This document shows positions 24,996-26,249 of a stretch of DNA of 26,249 bases, piece after piece. Origin of the DNA: a virus. Its lineage: Duplodnaviria; Heunggongvirae; Uroviricota; Caudoviricetes. The stretch covers positions 1 to 26,249 of the IMG/VR virus record IMGVR_UViG_3300029517_000214, one strand, 5' to 3'. Both the position numbers and the translations under genes were made by a program. Position 1 is the first letter of the stretch. Each line of letters starts with the position of its first letter. Below the pieces are notes generated by a model. The model saw only the letters and a list, made by a program, of their open reading frames with translations. It was not told the origin of the DNA and did no database searches.

Positions 24996-26249
24996 TTACG
25001 CACGAATGGTGTAATCACCAATGCCGATCCACTTGTAAGTGGTCAGTGCTTCCAGCCCCATTGGGCCACGCGCGTGGAGTTTTTGTGTGCTTACCGCCAC
25101 TTCCGCACCCAGACCAAACTGGCCGCCGTCGGTAAAACGCGTAGAGGCGTTAACGTAAACAGCGGACGAATCCACTTCGTTAACAAAACGCTGGGCGTTG
25201 CGCATATCGCGGGTCAGGATCGCATCGGAGTGTTGTGTGCCGTGTTCACGAATATGGGCGATGGCATCGTCAAGATCGCTGACGATTTTGACGTTCAAAT
25301 CTAATGACAGAAACTCATCGTCATACTCTTCGGCTTTAACAGCAACCACCTTCGCAGGGCCTGCCTGCAACTGCGCCAGTGCAGCTGCATCTGCGTGTAA
25401 TGTCACGCCGCTTTCCGCCATTTGTTTGCTTAATGCGGGCAGGAAGCTATCGGCGATGTTTTTATTCACCAGCAACGTTTCAACCGTATTACATGTGCTC
25501 GGACGCTGAGTTTTCGCGTTGACGATCACTTTTAATGCTTCAGCGATCTCTACACTTTCATCAACGTAAATATGGCATACGCCTATACCACCTGTGATCA
25601 CCGGGATTGTCGACTGTTCACGGCACAGTTTATGCAAACCAGCGCCACCACGCGGGATCAGCATGTCGATGTATTTATCCATACGCAGCATTTCACTGAC
25701 CAGCGCACGGTCAGGATTATCAATCGCCTGCACGGCACCCGCCGGTAAGCCGCAGGATTTCAGGGCGTCCTGAATCACCGCCACCGTTGCAGCGTTAGTG
25801 CGACACGTTTCTTTGCCACCGCGCAGGATCACCGCATTACCGGTTTTCAGGCACAGCGAAGCGACATCAACCGTCACGTTCGGGCGCGCTTCATAAATCA
25901 CGCCAATAACCCCCAGCGGTACGCGACGACGCTCAAGACGCAGGCCGCTGTCCAGTACGCCGCCATCGATTACCTGCCCCACCGGATCGGCGAGGTTGCA
26001 CACCTGACGTACATCGTCGGCAATGCCTTTCAGCCGTGCGGGCGTCAGTGCCAGACGGTCAAGCATCGCTTCGCTAAGGCCATTGGCTCGCGCGTCAGCA
26101 ACATCCTGGGCGTTAGCGTTGAGGATGATTTCGCTTTGTGCTTCCAGTTCATCGGCGATTTTTTCCAGCACGCGATTTTTTTCGCGGCTGGAGAGTTGCG
26201 CTAATTTATACGAGGCTTGCTTCGCGGCAATGCCCATTTGTTCCAGCAT
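24996..26249 (-). CDS. proA: Gamma-glutamyl phosphate reductase
   Basis: Complete 417-aa ORF recognised as enterobacterial ProA ([40 protein letters not shown]...); start codon at the window edge. Confidence 0.95.

Noticed and set aside
24915-25509. Plus-strand ORFs 24915..25304 and 25198..25509
   Set aside because: Antisense to proA, which is recognisable over its full length.
1-26249. CRISPR arrays, rRNA genes, IS elements or inverted-repeat-flanked transposons
   Set aside because: No periodic short direct repeats, no rRNA-like sequence and no transposase-like ORF were seen on visual inspection of either strand.

Overview
Enterobacterial (E. coli/Shigella-type) chromosome carrying the right-hand ~24.8 kb of a lambdoid prophage integrated at the 3' end of tRNA-Thr(CGU) (thrW), directly beside proA. 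Calls rest on reading the six-frame translations and the DNA by eye; no database search or computed statistics were possible. From right to left the window holds proA (-), thrW (-), integrase and excisionase (+), a block of small early-left genes (+) including a Lar-family restriction-alleviation protein, then on the minus strand a 5'-truncated rusA remnant, a KilA-N protein, a DUF968-like gene broken by a 24-N assembly gap, antiterminator Q, a candidate tR' terminator, an AT-rich two-gene cargo insert, a lysis cassette, an opposite-strand AT-rich moron, and an HK97-type packaging/head module (HNH, TerS, TerL, portal, protease, major capsid) joined to a Mu/SfV-type contractile tail module (sheath, tube, frameshifted chaperone, tape measure, DNA circulation protein) interrupted by a secreted-protein moron. 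No repressor, cro or replication genes are visible between xis and rusA, so the element looks like a deletion derivative. The best candidate for an undescribed system is the AT-rich pair at 16599..17872 (membrane protein plus small winged-helix-like protein) in the Q-to-lysis cargo slot; two further morons (14374..14763 and 1391..1921) and the early-left block are secondary candidates. No CRISPR array, rRNA or IS element was seen.
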